A stretch of 64,000 nucleotides of DNA from an uncultured virus (IMG/VR IMGVR_UViG_3300032309_003726) (taxonomy: Duplodnaviria; Heunggongvirae; Uroviricota; Caudoviricetes). Numbering within the stretch: position 1 is the first letter of the stretch; each line of letters starts with the position of its first letter. Shown here piece after piece: positions 29,394-38,753 of the stretch. The notes below the pieces were generated by a model, which was not told the origin of the DNA, ran no database searches, and saw only the letters and a list, made by a program, of their open reading frames with translations. Location: IMG/VR virus record IMGVR_UViG_3300032309_003726; one strand, 5' to 3'. The position numbers were made by a program, and so were the translations under genes.

Positions 29394-30674
29394 TTAAAAA
29401 ATTTCTTCCAATGGGTAATCTATGTATCTATTATCGTTTTTAGTTTGTATTTTTATATCTTTTATAAGAAAGGAAAGATTCCTTATATCTTCACTTTCTT
29501 TTATTGAAAATGGAACGTAACTATCAGATTTGATTGATATAGTTTTAGGATCTTCAAATTCTAGTTCTATTTCTTTTTGATTTTTAAAATCAAAAAGAAA
29601 TTTTTGATTATTTAAATAAACTTCAAAGTAATTCAAGTTTAAATGACATTTATTTAAATTAATTTTTATTTTTTTAATATTAGATAAATAAAAATTATCA
29701 CAACCACACAACCAAGATCCTTCTTGTTCTTTTTTTAATTTGTTTAAAGTCGAAACAATAATTGGGGTATTTTTTTCTACAAAAAAATCATCATCTCTAG
29801 ATTTATAAAAATTTAAAATTTGATTATTTAAATTTTTTGAATTTTTAATTATGTTAAAAAATCCCTCAAAATTTGTTAAAAAATAATCATTAAAATTCAA
29901 ATCATTTATTATTTTGTATCTCTCTTCATAACTTCTTTTTTTAATTAATCCATGAAACATATGAAAAATATTAATATTTTCTAAAAAAGTATAATTTTTT
30001 TTATTTAATTTTTGAATAGCCAACAGGCATTTATCAAAATAATCAAATATTTCAAATCTAATATCTTTACAAACTCTATCAAGAAATTTTAATTGAAAAA
30101 ATTTATCATAACACAATGGAATTATATTGATGGTGTCTCCTCCACCAATTAAACATTTAGAAAAAAAACCTCCGATAGTTTCTAAGTAGTCTCTTCTATA
30201 AGCTATTAAAGTACCGGGGTTGCCACGATTAACAATAGAACTTAAACTCAAAAAATTAAAAATAGAATTATCTGTGTATTCTACAAATGAGTTGTCCCAG
30301 TTTAGGTAATTTATTTTTTCAAAAGGTTGCAAACAAATATAATCATTTAAAAAAAAATTTGTTTTATCATACCAATTATTATTATCTATTTTTATATCAC
30401 AATCAGCTAAAATTATTCCATCAAAATCATTTTTAACTTTAGTTAAAAGATAATTAATGGCTGATTCTTTATGCCATAAAAAATCCGAATTGGTTATTTG
30501 ATAATAGTTGTCAATATCATTTATTTCAAATTGTCCATCATGGGAAATTTCACATACATAAAGTAAATCGTTGAGTTTTTGTTTTTTTAAAGAATTATAA
30601 AAAGAATGAAAATTTTTTATTTTATTCTTTGATTTTGTTGGGTTGTAAAATGTTGTTAGTATACAAGATTTCAT
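29394..30674 (-). CDS. putative glycosyltransferase
   Basis: LWHKE..IN, ADCD (DxD), LQPF, IGGGD, HMFHG...R.Y..R. Confidence 0.7.
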   Translation of the reverse strand: MKSCILTTFYNPTKSKNKIKNFHSFYNSLKKQKLNDLLYVCEISHDGQFEINDIDNYYQITNSDFLWHKESAINYLLTKVKNDFDGIILADCDIKIDNNNWYDKTNFFLNDYICLQPFEKINYLNWDNSFVEYTDNSIFNFLSLSSIVNRGNPGTLIAYRRDYLETIGGFFSKCLIGGGDTINIIPLCYDKFFQLKFLDRVCKDIRFEIFDYFDKCLLAIQKLNKKNYTFLENINIFHMFHGLIKKRSYEERYKIINDLNFNDYFLTNFEGFFNIIKNSKNLNNQILNFYKSRDDDFFVEKNTPIIVSTLNKLKKEQEGSWLCGCDNFYLSNIKKIKINLNKCHLNLNYFEVYLNNQKFLFDFKNQKEIELEFEDPKTISIKSDSYVPFSIKESEDIRNLSFLIKDIKIQTKNDNRYIDYPLEEIF

Positions 30675-30675
30675 A

Positions 30676-32907
30676 TTAATTATATTTTTCTATATCTATA
30701 TCTTTATATTTTTCTAAAAATTTATTTCTGTTTATTTCTTGGTGTTTCTTCATAGGTTTATTTTCTTGCTTTTCTTCATGGTGTATTGCTACACACTTCG
30801 GCTCATAAATTGTCTTGTATCCTCCAACATGACACCGGTATTGCCACTCACTATCTTCAAAGTACATAGGAGCAAAATCTTTATCAAAAACACCAAATAA
30901 ATCTAAGGCATCTCTTCTCATATACAATAAACAACCAGAGCAGTATCCTACGTGTCTCCTTTTGTTTAAGAAGTCTATATTTGGATCTAAACCATAGCCG
31001 TGGTGACCACCCAAACCTTGATTATTTAATTCAGATCCGCACTCAGCAACTTTATTATCAGGGTGAAGTATTTTACCGCCAACAGCACAAATATCGTATT
31101 CGGAATAAGCGGCTGAATAAAGGTGAGACAGCCAGCATTCACTTATAATTTCTATATCATCATTTATTAAAACCATATCCGATGAAACAAAATCTGGGTG
31201 GTTGAATATTTTGTTATTAGATTCTACAAAATACTCATTTGATTGATTTTTGAAATATAATATTTTTTCTTTATGTAATTTTTGAACTTCTAAAACATAG
31301 TTTTCCACATCTGGATTAAGAGTGTTGTCGGTTAGGGCTATTTTATAATTTGAATATTGTGTGTTTTTTAGTACTGAATTTAAGCAATTTTTTATTATAT
31401 CTAATTTGTTGAACATAATGATGCTTATCACTATGTTTTTTGGAATTAGATTAGAAACAAGAACATTTTTGGCTTTACTTGGAGAAACTAAAGAATCAAT
31501 CAAATTTTGTCCATTTTTTGCTATTGTTTCTATCTGGTCCGAGGGCATTGAATAAACATTTTTTAATCTTTCTAAAAACTCATCTTTCGTATTGGCAACA
31601 AAACCACTTTCATTATCTACTAAATTTATTCCCTCGTTGCCGATATCTGTAGTGATTACCGGGACTCCTCTGGTACAAGAATCACAAATCTTTCCTTTAA
31701 TTCCCGCCCCCCAATTTAAAGGAGCCATTAGAACTTTTGTATTTTTATAAAAATCATTTAAATTATGGACATGTCCTTCAACCACAATGTTTTCAATATT
31801 TTGTGCTTTTTCTAAAATGCTAAATTCTAAGTTTGGGCCAGCTATTCTTAGTTTGGGTTTATTAGAAAGATTTTTATAAAAATCTGTGTTGGAGAACTGT
31901 TGAAATATATCAATACAATCAATTACTGCATCAACATTGGGAGTGTGATTATAATTACCTATAAAAACAATGTCTTGCCCAAGTTTTTCATTGTTTTTTA
32001 ATTTGTGAATATTAGATAATATCTTAACATTGGCGTCTTCTCCCAATTCTTTTTTCAATTCTAAAGCATCTTCTTGGGTAACAGCGAGCAACACATCTGC
32101 CTTAGAATAAACTTCAATTTCAATATTTTTTCTTTCAATAACTTGCTTTTGTTGAAAAATTCCTTTTTCAAATCCTCTAAATTCTCTTTTCCAGTGAACA
32201 TCGACCGTGTCTATTATTGTTTTTATATCCGGGTACTGTTCTTTTACAAAATCAAAGTATTGGTGGGCTGAGTCGTACCAAGAAAAAATAGCAACTTCAA
32301 AAATTAAATCTTCTTCTTTAAATTGTTTAATATAATCTTGAATAAAAATTCTTTTAGAAAAATCTGCTTCGAAACAATTAATTTTTAAATCTTTTAAACA
32401 ATTTAAATGTTTAATATTTTTTGAATTATTGCACAAAAAATAAACATTAAAATTAGAATCTGCGAGTATTTTTAAAATTTCATAAAGTCTATTGCCACCG
32501 CTACTACAATCAAAATCAGGTGCTTCGGGGGAGAAATACAAAATGTTCTTGCATAAAGGAAATTTTTCATAACTTATAATCTTATTTGGCAAATTAATAA
32601 AATTTAAGCCAGACAGACTTTCTATCATTTTTTTGGCATAGTCTGTCTTGTTGACCTTGAGCGATTCACGATAAAGATATAGTTTATCATCTATACTATC
32701 GGCTATTTCTGCCAAAAAAAAATAAGGCCAAGGTTTGTCGGGCTTGAGCAAAATTGCCTGCACAAACAAACTCTCTAACTCTATTTTTAAATTTTTAGAA
32801 CACTTTCTGAGTTGGTCCAAAAAAATAGAAGGATCAAAATCTTCATTTAGTAATTTTGCCATAGACTGACTGGCAAAATTTAACCAATTTTTGTTCTGCG
32901 GAAACAT
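30676..32907 (-). CDS. bifunctional glycosyltransferase (GT4-like + GT2), TPR-like N-terminus
   Basis: FIGNYNHTPNVDA, GAGIKGK, VPVITTDIGNEG; then LINDD, YCSGC, YFEDSE. Confidence 0.88.
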   Translation of the reverse strand: MFPQNKNWLNFASQSMAKLLNEDFDPSIFLDQLRKCSKNLKIELESLFVQAILLKPDKPWPYFFLAEIADSIDDKLYLYRESLKVNKTDYAKKMIESLSGLNFINLPNKIISYEKFPLCKNILYFSPEAPDFDCSSGGNRLYEILKILADSNFNVYFLCNNSKNIKHLNCLKDLKINCFEADFSKRIFIQDYIKQFKEEDLIFEVAIFSWYDSAHQYFDFVKEQYPDIKTIIDTVDVHWKREFRGFEKGIFQQKQVIERKNIEIEVYSKADVLLAVTQEDALELKKELGEDANVKILSNIHKLKNNEKLGQDIVFIGNYNHTPNVDAVIDCIDIFQQFSNTDFYKNLSNKPKLRIAGPNLEFSILEKAQNIENIVVEGHVHNLNDFYKNTKVLMAPLNWGAGIKGKICDSCTRGVPVITTDIGNEGINLVDNESGFVANTKDEFLERLKNVYSMPSDQIETIAKNGQNLIDSLVSPSKAKNVLVSNLIPKNIVISIIMFNKLDIIKNCLNSVLKNTQYSNYKIALTDNTLNPDVENYVLEVQKLHKEKILYFKNQSNEYFVESNNKIFNHPDFVSSDMVLINDDIEIISECWLSHLYSAAYSEYDICAVGGKILHPDNKVAECGSELNNQGLGGHHGYGLDPNIDFLNKRRHVGYCSGCLLYMRRDALDLFGVFDKDFAPMYFEDSEWQYRCHVGGYKTIYEPKCVAIHHEEKQENKPMKKHQEINRNKFLEKYKDIDIEKYN

Positions 32908-32910
32908 GAA

Positions 32911-33297
32911 TTATAATAGTTTCAAATCGCCAGTTACCTCATCTATCTTTTCAGATATATCCGGCCCTAAGGCTAAGCAGGTTTTCGTTGGGACTCCACC
33001 GAACTCAGTCTTTCCATTGTCGGTTATCACATGACATTCTACATTCATTTTTTTCGCTTTTTCGGCAACGTCTAATAATTCTTGTTCCGTATCTACGCCA
33101 ACACATATTTTAGTAAAACTATTATCAAGCCAATCTTTTTGAACTTGTGTTATTAATTCATTTTTATCTAGTCTTCTTGTAAGAAATGCCATTGAAGCAT
33201 GACATGCTTGAGCAATCATTTTGCCTTTTCTTAGGCCAGTTGTGCCGCCCTTGCCGTCAGGGTACTTGCATCGCATAACAATTACTTGCTTAATCAT
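32911..33297 (-). CDS. pth2: peptidyl-tRNA hydrolase, Pth2 family
   Basis: KQVIVMR...GKMIAQACHAS...KICV...ITDNGKTEF...TCLALGP...IDEVTGDLKLL. Confidence 0.93.
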   Translation of the reverse strand: MIKQVIVMRCKYPDGKGGTTGLRKGKMIAQACHASMAFLTRRLDKNELITQVQKDWLDNSFTKICVGVDTEQELLDVAEKAKKMNVECHVITDNGKTEFGGVPTKTCLALGPDISEKIDEVTGDLKLL

Positions 33298-33893
33298 TTT
33301 TTTCTATACAAAAATTTAGTTAATCTCTCCATATCTTCTTGTTTGTCCCAAGGATAATTTGTAAACATTGGAGCAACTAAACTTCCTTTCTTCATGCTTT
33401 TGTGAACTAAAGATTCAAAATTAAAGTAAATTTCGGGATTAAATATTGGTCTATAATAATATATTAAATCATAATTTTCATATTTATCAAATTTTAAAGC
33501 ATCGCAAAATCCAACACGATTTATCCCTATTTGTTGAGCTTTATCTACATATTTTTGATCATAATCAATACCATAAGCATCAAAAAAAGAACAAGCCAGA
33601 ACAACCTTCGTGCCAATTCCACAACCAACATCTAAAAATTTTTTAGAACGATCTTGCCCTAAAATAAAAAAAGACTCAATCAATAAATCGGCAAACGCAC
33701 CGCAAGGAAAGGGAACAAAAGCAAAATTGTCTCCTTCGATTATATCTCCTGAAGACACCTGGAGTGCTTCAAAATTATGAAAAGCAACATCAAAAACATG
33801 AAGTTTTAACAACAATTGCTCCTTGGATTTGCTTTCATCCAAGGAAGCACGAGACTCTAGACTCATCAATGAATTAACTTCTTCACCGTTCAT
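33294..33893 (-). CDS. class I SAM-dependent methyltransferase
   Basis: FLDVGCGIGTK, YGIDYD, YDLIYYYRP. Confidence 0.8.
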   Translation of the reverse strand: MNGEEVNSLMSLESRASLDESKSKEQLLLKLHVFDVAFHNFEALQVSSGDIIEGDNFAFVPFPCGAFADLLIESFFILGQDRSKKFLDVGCGIGTKVVLACSFFDAYGIDYDQKYVDKAQQIGINRVGFCDALKFDKYENYDLIYYYRPIFNPEIYFNFESLVHKSMKKGSLVAPMFTNYPWDKQEDMERLTKFLYRKK

Positions 33894-34531
33894 TTTTCAG
33901 CCGATATTATAAAAGATTTGTTGGAATATTTTGAAACAAGATCTGTAATTACTTTTTGATTGTTGTCCAACATGTTTTTAAGAGAGTTTTCAATATTGTT
34001 ATAAATTTCTTTTACCATTTTTTTAGGCACAGTTCTTTCATATTGTATAGAATTTTTTACAAAAAACTGAGTTTGTTTTTCTTTTTTTGAAACAAGCATC
34101 TCAGTCTGTAGTTTTTTCATAAAACCAACAGGTTCCATTAACTCTGTGCGGGATACTATTTTAGACTTATCGATATGTGTATCTTGTTTAAATCTTAATT
34201 TTAAATCACCCAAATAGTGGTCATTTTTTAAAACTAAAAACTCACAGCGAGCATCTATGTCTACACCGTCTATCAAAGGACGGTTAGATGAGAATACTAA
34301 CTTATTCCATTTTTTATCTAATAACCGGCCTTGCTCATGAGATATGATTTCTTCAAGAACATCAGTTCTTACTAAAATTTTTTTAACTTTTTCAAACTCA
34401 CAATCTAAAACATATTCGTTTTGTTGGTTAACATTAAAGGTGTGTTTTTCCAAAAAAATATTAAAACTTGAAAAAGCAAAAACAAATAAAAAAATAGATA
34501 TTAGAATTAAAAATTTCCATTTTTTGGTCAC
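33890..34531 (-). CDS. membrane-anchored hypothetical protein
   Basis: N-terminal TM/signal, 213 aa. Confidence 0.55.
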   Translation of the reverse strand: MTKKWKFLILISIFLFVFAFSSFNIFLEKHTFNVNQQNEYVLDCEFEKVKKILVRTDVLEEIISHEQGRLLDKKWNKLVFSSNRPLIDGVDIDARCEFLVLKNDHYLGDLKLRFKQDTHIDKSKIVSRTELMEPVGFMKKLQTEMLVSKKEKQTQFFVKNSIQYERTVPKKMVKEIYNNIENSLKNMLDNNQKVITDLVSKYSNKSFIISAEK

Positions 34532-34535
34532 AAAA

Positions 34536-34739
34536 TCACCTTTTCATCGTTTGAATTGTGTTAAAAATATGTCGTTGTTGAGGATTTTCTAAATCCAAAA
34601 TAACGGCCAATTCTTCGTTAGGAATTTTTGCCATAGATTTAAGTCTTTTTGCTATTTTAAACAAGCCTTTTGTTTCTTCAATTGTGCATTCATAGCCACA
34701 TTCGGCCATTTGATTTCTCAATTTTTGCAAATTGTTCAT
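34536..34739 (-). CDS. hypothetical protein (start revised to MNNLQ)
   Basis: TTGACT-N17-TAAAAT promoter at 34765-34793 lies upstream. Confidence 0.5.
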   Translation of the reverse strand: MNNLQKLRNQMAECGYECTIEETKGLFKIAKRLKSMAKIPNEELAVILDLENPQQRHIFNTIQTMKR

Positions 34740-34809
34740 ACTTTGTTCTCTGGGTTGAATTTGTATTTTAAAACAATCAGGCAATCTAGTCAACAAATTT
34801 ATAAAAAAA

Positions 34810-34859
34810 AGACGACAGTGGGACTCGAACCCACGATGGAGTTTCCTCGACAGTTTTGC
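34810..34859 (-). pseudogene. orphan 3' half of tRNA-Cys(GCA) with long variable arm
   Basis: GCAAAACTGT CGAGGAAACTC CATC GTGGG TTCGAGT CCCAC TGTCGTC T; no adjacent 5' half. Confidence 0.65.
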
Positions 34860-34874
34860 CCTACAATGTAAAAA

Positions 34875-34944
34875 TGCCAGTGCAGGAGTCGAATCTGCCC
34901 ACCTGTTTCAAGGGTAGAGAACGGGTATCAACACCAAATACCCG
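34875..34944 (-). pseudogene. tRNA-like fragment (stem-loop, variable-arm-like hairpin, T-arm)
   Basis: CGGGTAT/ATACCCG hairpin, then GCAGA TTCGACT CCTGC ACTGGCA; no D-arm or 5' acceptor strand. Confidence 0.4.
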
Positions 34945-34963
34945 GAAATATTTCAATTGTTTT

Positions 34964-35356
34964 TTATTTTTTTATTTTTTCAATTGTTTTTTGTTTTTGT
35001 TCTTTGTAGTATTCATCATGAATTTCAGCATGACAACGTTTACACAAAAGTTGACACTTATCAACTTCTTTTTTAGCAGTTTCAAAACCTAAAGATTTTT
35101 TGGCGATTGTAAATTCTTTTTCTTCTGGATTTGTGTGATGAAAATCATATGCTGAGGGGCATAGTTTATCATATCCACAAATCTCACATTTACCACCTTT
35201 ATATTCAATAAGTTTTTGTTTTGTATTTCGTTTATAATTAACCCATCTTTCAGGGTGGTTTTTTTGATAAACCCTAGTCTTATTCAAAATTCTTTGACGT
35301 TGATATTCTTTCCAAGTATCTTCACCCATTTCTTTTCTTTTTTTAGATATTCTCAT
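34964..35356 (-). CDS. HNH homing-endonuclease-like protein in tRNA cluster
   Basis: KGGKCEICGY...DFHH..P.EKEF...KCQLLCKRCHAEIH. Confidence 0.85.
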   Translation of the reverse strand: MRISKKRKEMGEDTWKEYQRQRILNKTRVYQKNHPERWVNYKRNTKQKLIEYKGGKCEICGYDKLCPSAYDFHHTNPEEKEFTIAKKSLGFETAKKEVDKCQLLCKRCHAEIHDEYYKEQKQKTIEKIKK

Positions 35357-35385
35357 AGATTCTCTTTAATCTATAAAAGTATCTA

Positions 35386-35414
35386 TTGGTGAAAAATTTA
35401 AAATTTTTCACCAA
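35386..35414. repeat. 29-bp palindrome (14-bp arms)
   Basis: TTGGTGAAAAATTT-A-AAATTTTTCACCAA between tRNA-Cys and the HNH gene. Confidence 0.85.
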
Positions 35415-35415
35415 G

Positions 35416-35494
35416 AGGCGGCAGGCAGAATCGAACTGCTTACCAACAGTTTTGCAGACTGTCCCCTCTCCATTCGGGTTTAGGTTCCGCCGCC
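35416..35494 (-). tRNA. tRNA-Cys(GCA), atypical (7 extra nt between acceptor and D stems, T-stem mismatch)
   Basis: GGCGGCG...ACAGT CTGCAAA ACTGT...GCAG TTCGATT CTGC..TGCCGCC U73; no encoded CCA. Confidence 0.65.
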
Positions 35495-35526
35495 AAATAT
35501 TACAACCAAATTGTCAAAGATCAAAG

Positions 35527-35600
35527 TGCAGCTTGAAGGATTTGAAACTTCAACCCCTGCCTTATCAGGGCGATGCTTTGCCGGGCTGATCTAAAGTCGT
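35527..35600 (-). pseudogene. degenerate tRNA-Ile(GAT)
   Basis: GCC CTGATAA GGC anticodon arm and TTCAAAT T-loop, but mismatches in all four stems. Confidence 0.55.
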
Positions 35601-35640
35601 ATTGAGCAACAGTGAATGATTCCGTTATTGAGTTTCGCCA

Positions 35641-35904
35641 CTAGGCAATGTCGTCACTATTAAATTGAATATATTGAATCGTATATTCTGGGTCCGTGTG
35701 TACGAATATTGGGGTAGTCGGGCCAACATAAGCGTCTACAACATTAAATTCCATCCACTCAATTGCTTCTTCGTGCGACATGCCTTCTCGCTCAATTAAT
35801 ATTTCTACACATTTATCATAATCATAGACCAAAGAATCTTCCGATCCTTTTTTGGTTCCGATGCCGAGAAGAGCATCTTCAAATCCATCGGCTTGAAGTA
35901 ACAT
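35641..35904 (-). CDS. conserved phage hypothetical protein
   Basis: ADGFEDALLG...YDYDKCVEIL...EEAIEWMEFNV..AYVG..TPIF. Confidence 0.7.
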   Translation of the reverse strand: MLLQADGFEDALLGIGTKKGSEDSLVYDYDKCVEILIEREGMSHEEAIEWMEFNVVDAYVGPTTPIFVHTDPEYTIQYIQFNSDDIA

Positions 35905-36088
35905 TAACGTGATCTCCTTTCAAACTATAAGCAATTTCATTTAATTCACTTTCATCAAAAATATAATTTGAATTTTGAATGTCGGAGTTTATGCCTACGT
36001 CTTTATACGCTTCGGCTAAATGACGGCCTTCTATATAAGCCTCCATGGCTTTTTGATTTAATTCAATAATTGTTTCTAAGCACCACAT
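35879..36088 (-). CDS. hypothetical protein
   Basis: GGAGG RBS; TTGACT-N16-TATACT promoter at 36110-36137. Confidence 0.6.
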   Translation of the reverse strand: MWCLETIIELNQKAMEAYIEGRHLAEAYKDVGINSDIQNSNYIFDESELNEIAYSLKGDHVNVTSSRWI

Positions 36089-36148
36089 AAAGCCTCCTTT
36101 ATTTTAATAAGTATAAATAAATTTAAATTTAAGTCAAAGGATTGACTC

Positions 36149-36553
36149 ATGAAAAAAATATTCAAAATAATTTTGTTATTTTTTTCAATATTTGAAACAA
36201 AAACTTTTGCACAACAACCAGCAAATCCACCGTTCTCAGATATTTACAGAAGACCTGTGGTGAGTCCTTATATATCATTGAGTGGTTTACCAGATCCTGT
36301 GTCGCCGCCGATATACCACAATCAAGTTTTGCCCATAAAACAACAACAAAAACAAATCAAAGAAATTTTAAATCAAAAACAAGTTTTGAGAAATTTTTCA
36401 AACAAAGAACAAGAGAAAAATTTAAACATATTGGGGGAAAAACAAAAAGATATAAGACCTACCGGTCATAACACCGGTCTTTATGAAAGCAATGCGGGGA
36501 TAAGGCCAACAGGTCACACGACAAACTTTATGAATTTGTCGCACTACTATTAA
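36149..36553 (+). CDS. secreted protein resembling planctomycete-specific proteins
   Basis: Signal peptide; RRPVVSPY..., duplicated IRPTGH, FMNLSHYY. Confidence 0.6.
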   Translation: MKKIFKIILLFFSIFETKTFAQQPANPPFSDIYRRPVVSPYISLSGLPDPVSPPIYHNQVLPIKQQQKQIKEILNQKQVLRNFSNKEQEKNLNILGEKQKDIRPTGHNTGLYESNAGIRPTGHTTNFMNLSHYY

Positions 36554-36556
36554 ATT

Positions 36557-37192
36557 ATGATTAAAATCGAAAAATGCCCAATTGTTGGAAGTTATCACAA
36601 AACTGGAACCTGTTTGGTTAAGAGTATCTTTGAAAAGTATTGTGAAGAAACTGGTTACGAAATTCAATTCACAAATAATTTTCATTCTTTAAAGCAAGAA
36701 GATTTAAAAGAAAGAAAAAGTTTGTCTATTATTCGTCATCCTTATGAAATAATAATGTCGGGAACAAGATATCACTTATCCGGCAAAGAGGATTGGTTAC
36801 ACAAAAAACCCAAAAATAAAAAAAGTTATTTTGAAAACATAACAAGTTTAAAATCACTAGAAGAACAAATAAATTATGAGGCAAGTAATGTGGGTAAAAA
36901 AACCATTTTAGCTATCTACGAAGATATAAAAAATAAAAAAAATACGTTATTTGTAAAATTAGAAAATTTCTGGGCAAATGAGTCTATTGAGAATTTAAGT
37001 AAAAAAATAAGCCAACACATGAATTTGGATAATGAAATTTTATCAAAAATTATGAAAAAATTGGGATCAAAGAAAATTAATTTTACAAATTCAAATTTTA
37101 ATTACACTTGGGAAAAACATATGACAAAAAATAATTTAGAGTATATTAAGAAAATACTACCTGCCGATGTCTTTTCTATTCTAGGTTACTGA
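36557..37192 (+). CDS. sulfotransferase-like protein
   Basis: YHKTGT 5'-PSB-like motif; IRHPYEIIMS 3'-PB-like motif. Confidence 0.65.
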   Translation: MIKIEKCPIVGSYHKTGTCLVKSIFEKYCEETGYEIQFTNNFHSLKQEDLKERKSLSIIRHPYEIIMSGTRYHLSGKEDWLHKKPKNKKSYFENITSLKSLEEQINYEASNVGKKTILAIYEDIKNKKNTLFVKLENFWANESIENLSKKISQHMNLDNEILSKIMKKLGSKKINFTNSNFNYTWEKHMTKNNLEYIKKILPADVFSILGY

Positions 37193-38006
37193 ATTTAGAT
37201 GTAAAATTTTTATCTTTCATCATAACGGCAGCGTTTCTTGAAAAGCCTGAGTGATGGCAAGAACAGTATAGTTGCTTTCCCAAAGATAAAAGTATTAAAT
37301 CCAGGATGCTGTCTGTTATGATTTGTCTTTTATTTAAAAAATTTAATCTATGAAGACCCATCTTGGATTTTTGTTTGTCTAATTTGGGAATGTTTGAAAA
37401 TGTAAAAATTTTTGCTTTTACACTATTTTTAAAAAATTCTATAGTGTCAAAATTATCTGATGATAGAAATATGTTTTTATCAATAAAATTATTTATATTG
37501 TTGTTTAAAAAAGAAAAAACATCAGATTCTAAATCTGTGTCTCTTATATGTACCGATATATAATCTTTTGGAAGTTTTAGAAGTCTATTTTTCAGTTCAT
37601 TTAGAATTTCTTCTTTTAATTCAAAATTTTTAAAAAAATCATTGGAGTGAGTAAAATAATGTCTTTTAAAAGAAGAAAAAGAAAATATTAAAATATCTTC
37701 ATTATATTTTTTTTTTATATCAAAAAAAATTTCTTTTTTCAATTTTTCATCAATTTTATAATCGGGAAATTTGGTTAATTTTTCGGAAATCTTAAAGAAT
37801 GTATCTAAATTTTTTTTGTAAATAAATTTGTTTTTTTTAAATTCAAAAAAATTATCAATATCTTCTTTTACTTTTGAGTGGCTACAATTTACAACTAATA
37901 ACCTTTTGTGTTTTTTGCAATATTCATAACACAAAATTATTTGATTTAAAACATCGTTTAAACCTCCATTGGTAACACAATAAACAAATTTATTGATTTT
38001 AATCAA
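37176..38006 (-). CDS. NodZ/O-fucosyltransferase-like glycosyltransferase
   Basis: GGLND, ISVHIRDTD, FLSSDN, DL..LS, SGFS. Confidence 0.7.
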   Translation of the reverse strand: MIKINKFVYCVTNGGLNDVLNQIILCYEYCKKHKRLLVVNCSHSKVKEDIDNFFEFKKNKFIYKKNLDTFFKISEKLTKFPDYKIDEKLKKEIFFDIKKKYNEDILIFSFSSFKRHYFTHSNDFFKNFELKEEILNELKNRLLKLPKDYISVHIRDTDLESDVFSFLNNNINNFIDKNIFLSSDNFDTIEFFKNSVKAKIFTFSNIPKLDKQKSKMGLHRLNFLNKRQIITDSILDLILLSLGKQLYCSCHHSGFSRNAAVMMKDKNFTSKFSNLE

Positions 38007-38024
38007 TATTAATTAACTCCAAAG

Positions 38025-38095
38025 AGCGGGTATTCGGTTACGCTCCGAAATCTAAAGTTTGGAAAACTTTCGTGTTGCTACTACACCACACCCGC
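38025..38095 (-). tRNA. tRNA-Gly(TCC), non-canonical D and T loops
   Basis: GCGGGTG/TACCCGC acceptor, AAAGT TTTCCAA ACTTT anticodon arm, TTCGG AGCGTAA CCGAA T-arm; no CCA. Confidence 0.8.
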
Positions 38096-38099
38096 ATTT

Positions 38100-38687
38100 T
38101 TAAATTGTATTTCTAAATTGAATAATTTTATCATGTGTAACAAAAATATTTTTATCTTCCACCATCTTTTTAAGATTCTCTCTCAGATCTGGTTGGCTAA
38201 CAATATTTTGAGAATGGCCATGAAAAACAAAACATTTATTTTTATTATAATAAGTTTGCCAAAATTTATTTTTGTCATCAAAGCAAGATTGGCTATCTAT
38301 TCTTTTTGGGTTAAATTCATCAATAATTCTTGTTGTTCTAGTGTAAAGAAAATTTTGTTCAAAAACAATATCATCAATATAGTTGGATCGATGGCCATAA
38401 GGGTAACAAAAACCAACTATTCTCCTCTGGAAGATATCTTCCAACAATTTTTGGCAATCCAATATTTCTTTTTTAATTTCTTTAAAATTACATTTTAAAA
38501 GATTAACATGATTCATCGTGTGGTTGCCAACTTCGTGACCTTCATAAAGTTGTTCCCAATCTTTATTAAAATGTCTCCCAACTAAGAAAAAAGTTGATTT
38601 AATACCAAGTTCGTTTAATAATCTAACTAATTTTTTGTCTGAGCGTGTACCATCATCCCAACTACACGATATAATCATTAAATACAT
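38100..38687 (-). CDS. polysaccharide deacetylase (CE4/NodB)
   Basis: SWDDG, STFF, HEVGNHTMNH, FCYPYG. Confidence 0.88.
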   Translation of the reverse strand: MYLMIISCSWDDGTRSDKKLVRLLNELGIKSTFFLVGRHFNKDWEQLYEGHEVGNHTMNHVNLLKCNFKEIKKEILDCQKLLEDIFQRRIVGFCYPYGHRSNYIDDIVFEQNFLYTRTTRIIDEFNPKRIDSQSCFDDKNKFWQTYYNKNKCFVFHGHSQNIVSQPDLRENLKKMVEDKNIFVTHDKIIQFRNTI

Positions 38688-38710
38688 CCAATAAATTTTG
38701 AATTATAAAT

Positions 38711-38718
38711 TATAAATA
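38711..38718 (+). promoter_or_regulatory. T4-type late promoter TATAAATA
   Basis: Exact match upstream of the gene at 38754. Confidence 0.55.
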
Positions 38719-38753
38719 TATGTAGATTTCATTCTTTGCAAAGGAGAAAAACT

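Noticed and set aside
34860..35455. Group I intron in the tRNA-Cys anticodon loop (a G precedes the orphan 3' half and an HNH lies inside)
   Set aside because: No recognisable P3-P7 catalytic core; the interval is filled by a second tRNA 3' half, a palindrome, the ORF and a tRNA fragment
34856..35589. Plus-strand ORFs 34856-35092 and 35386-35589
   Set aside because: Antisense shadows of tRNA sequences and the HNH gene
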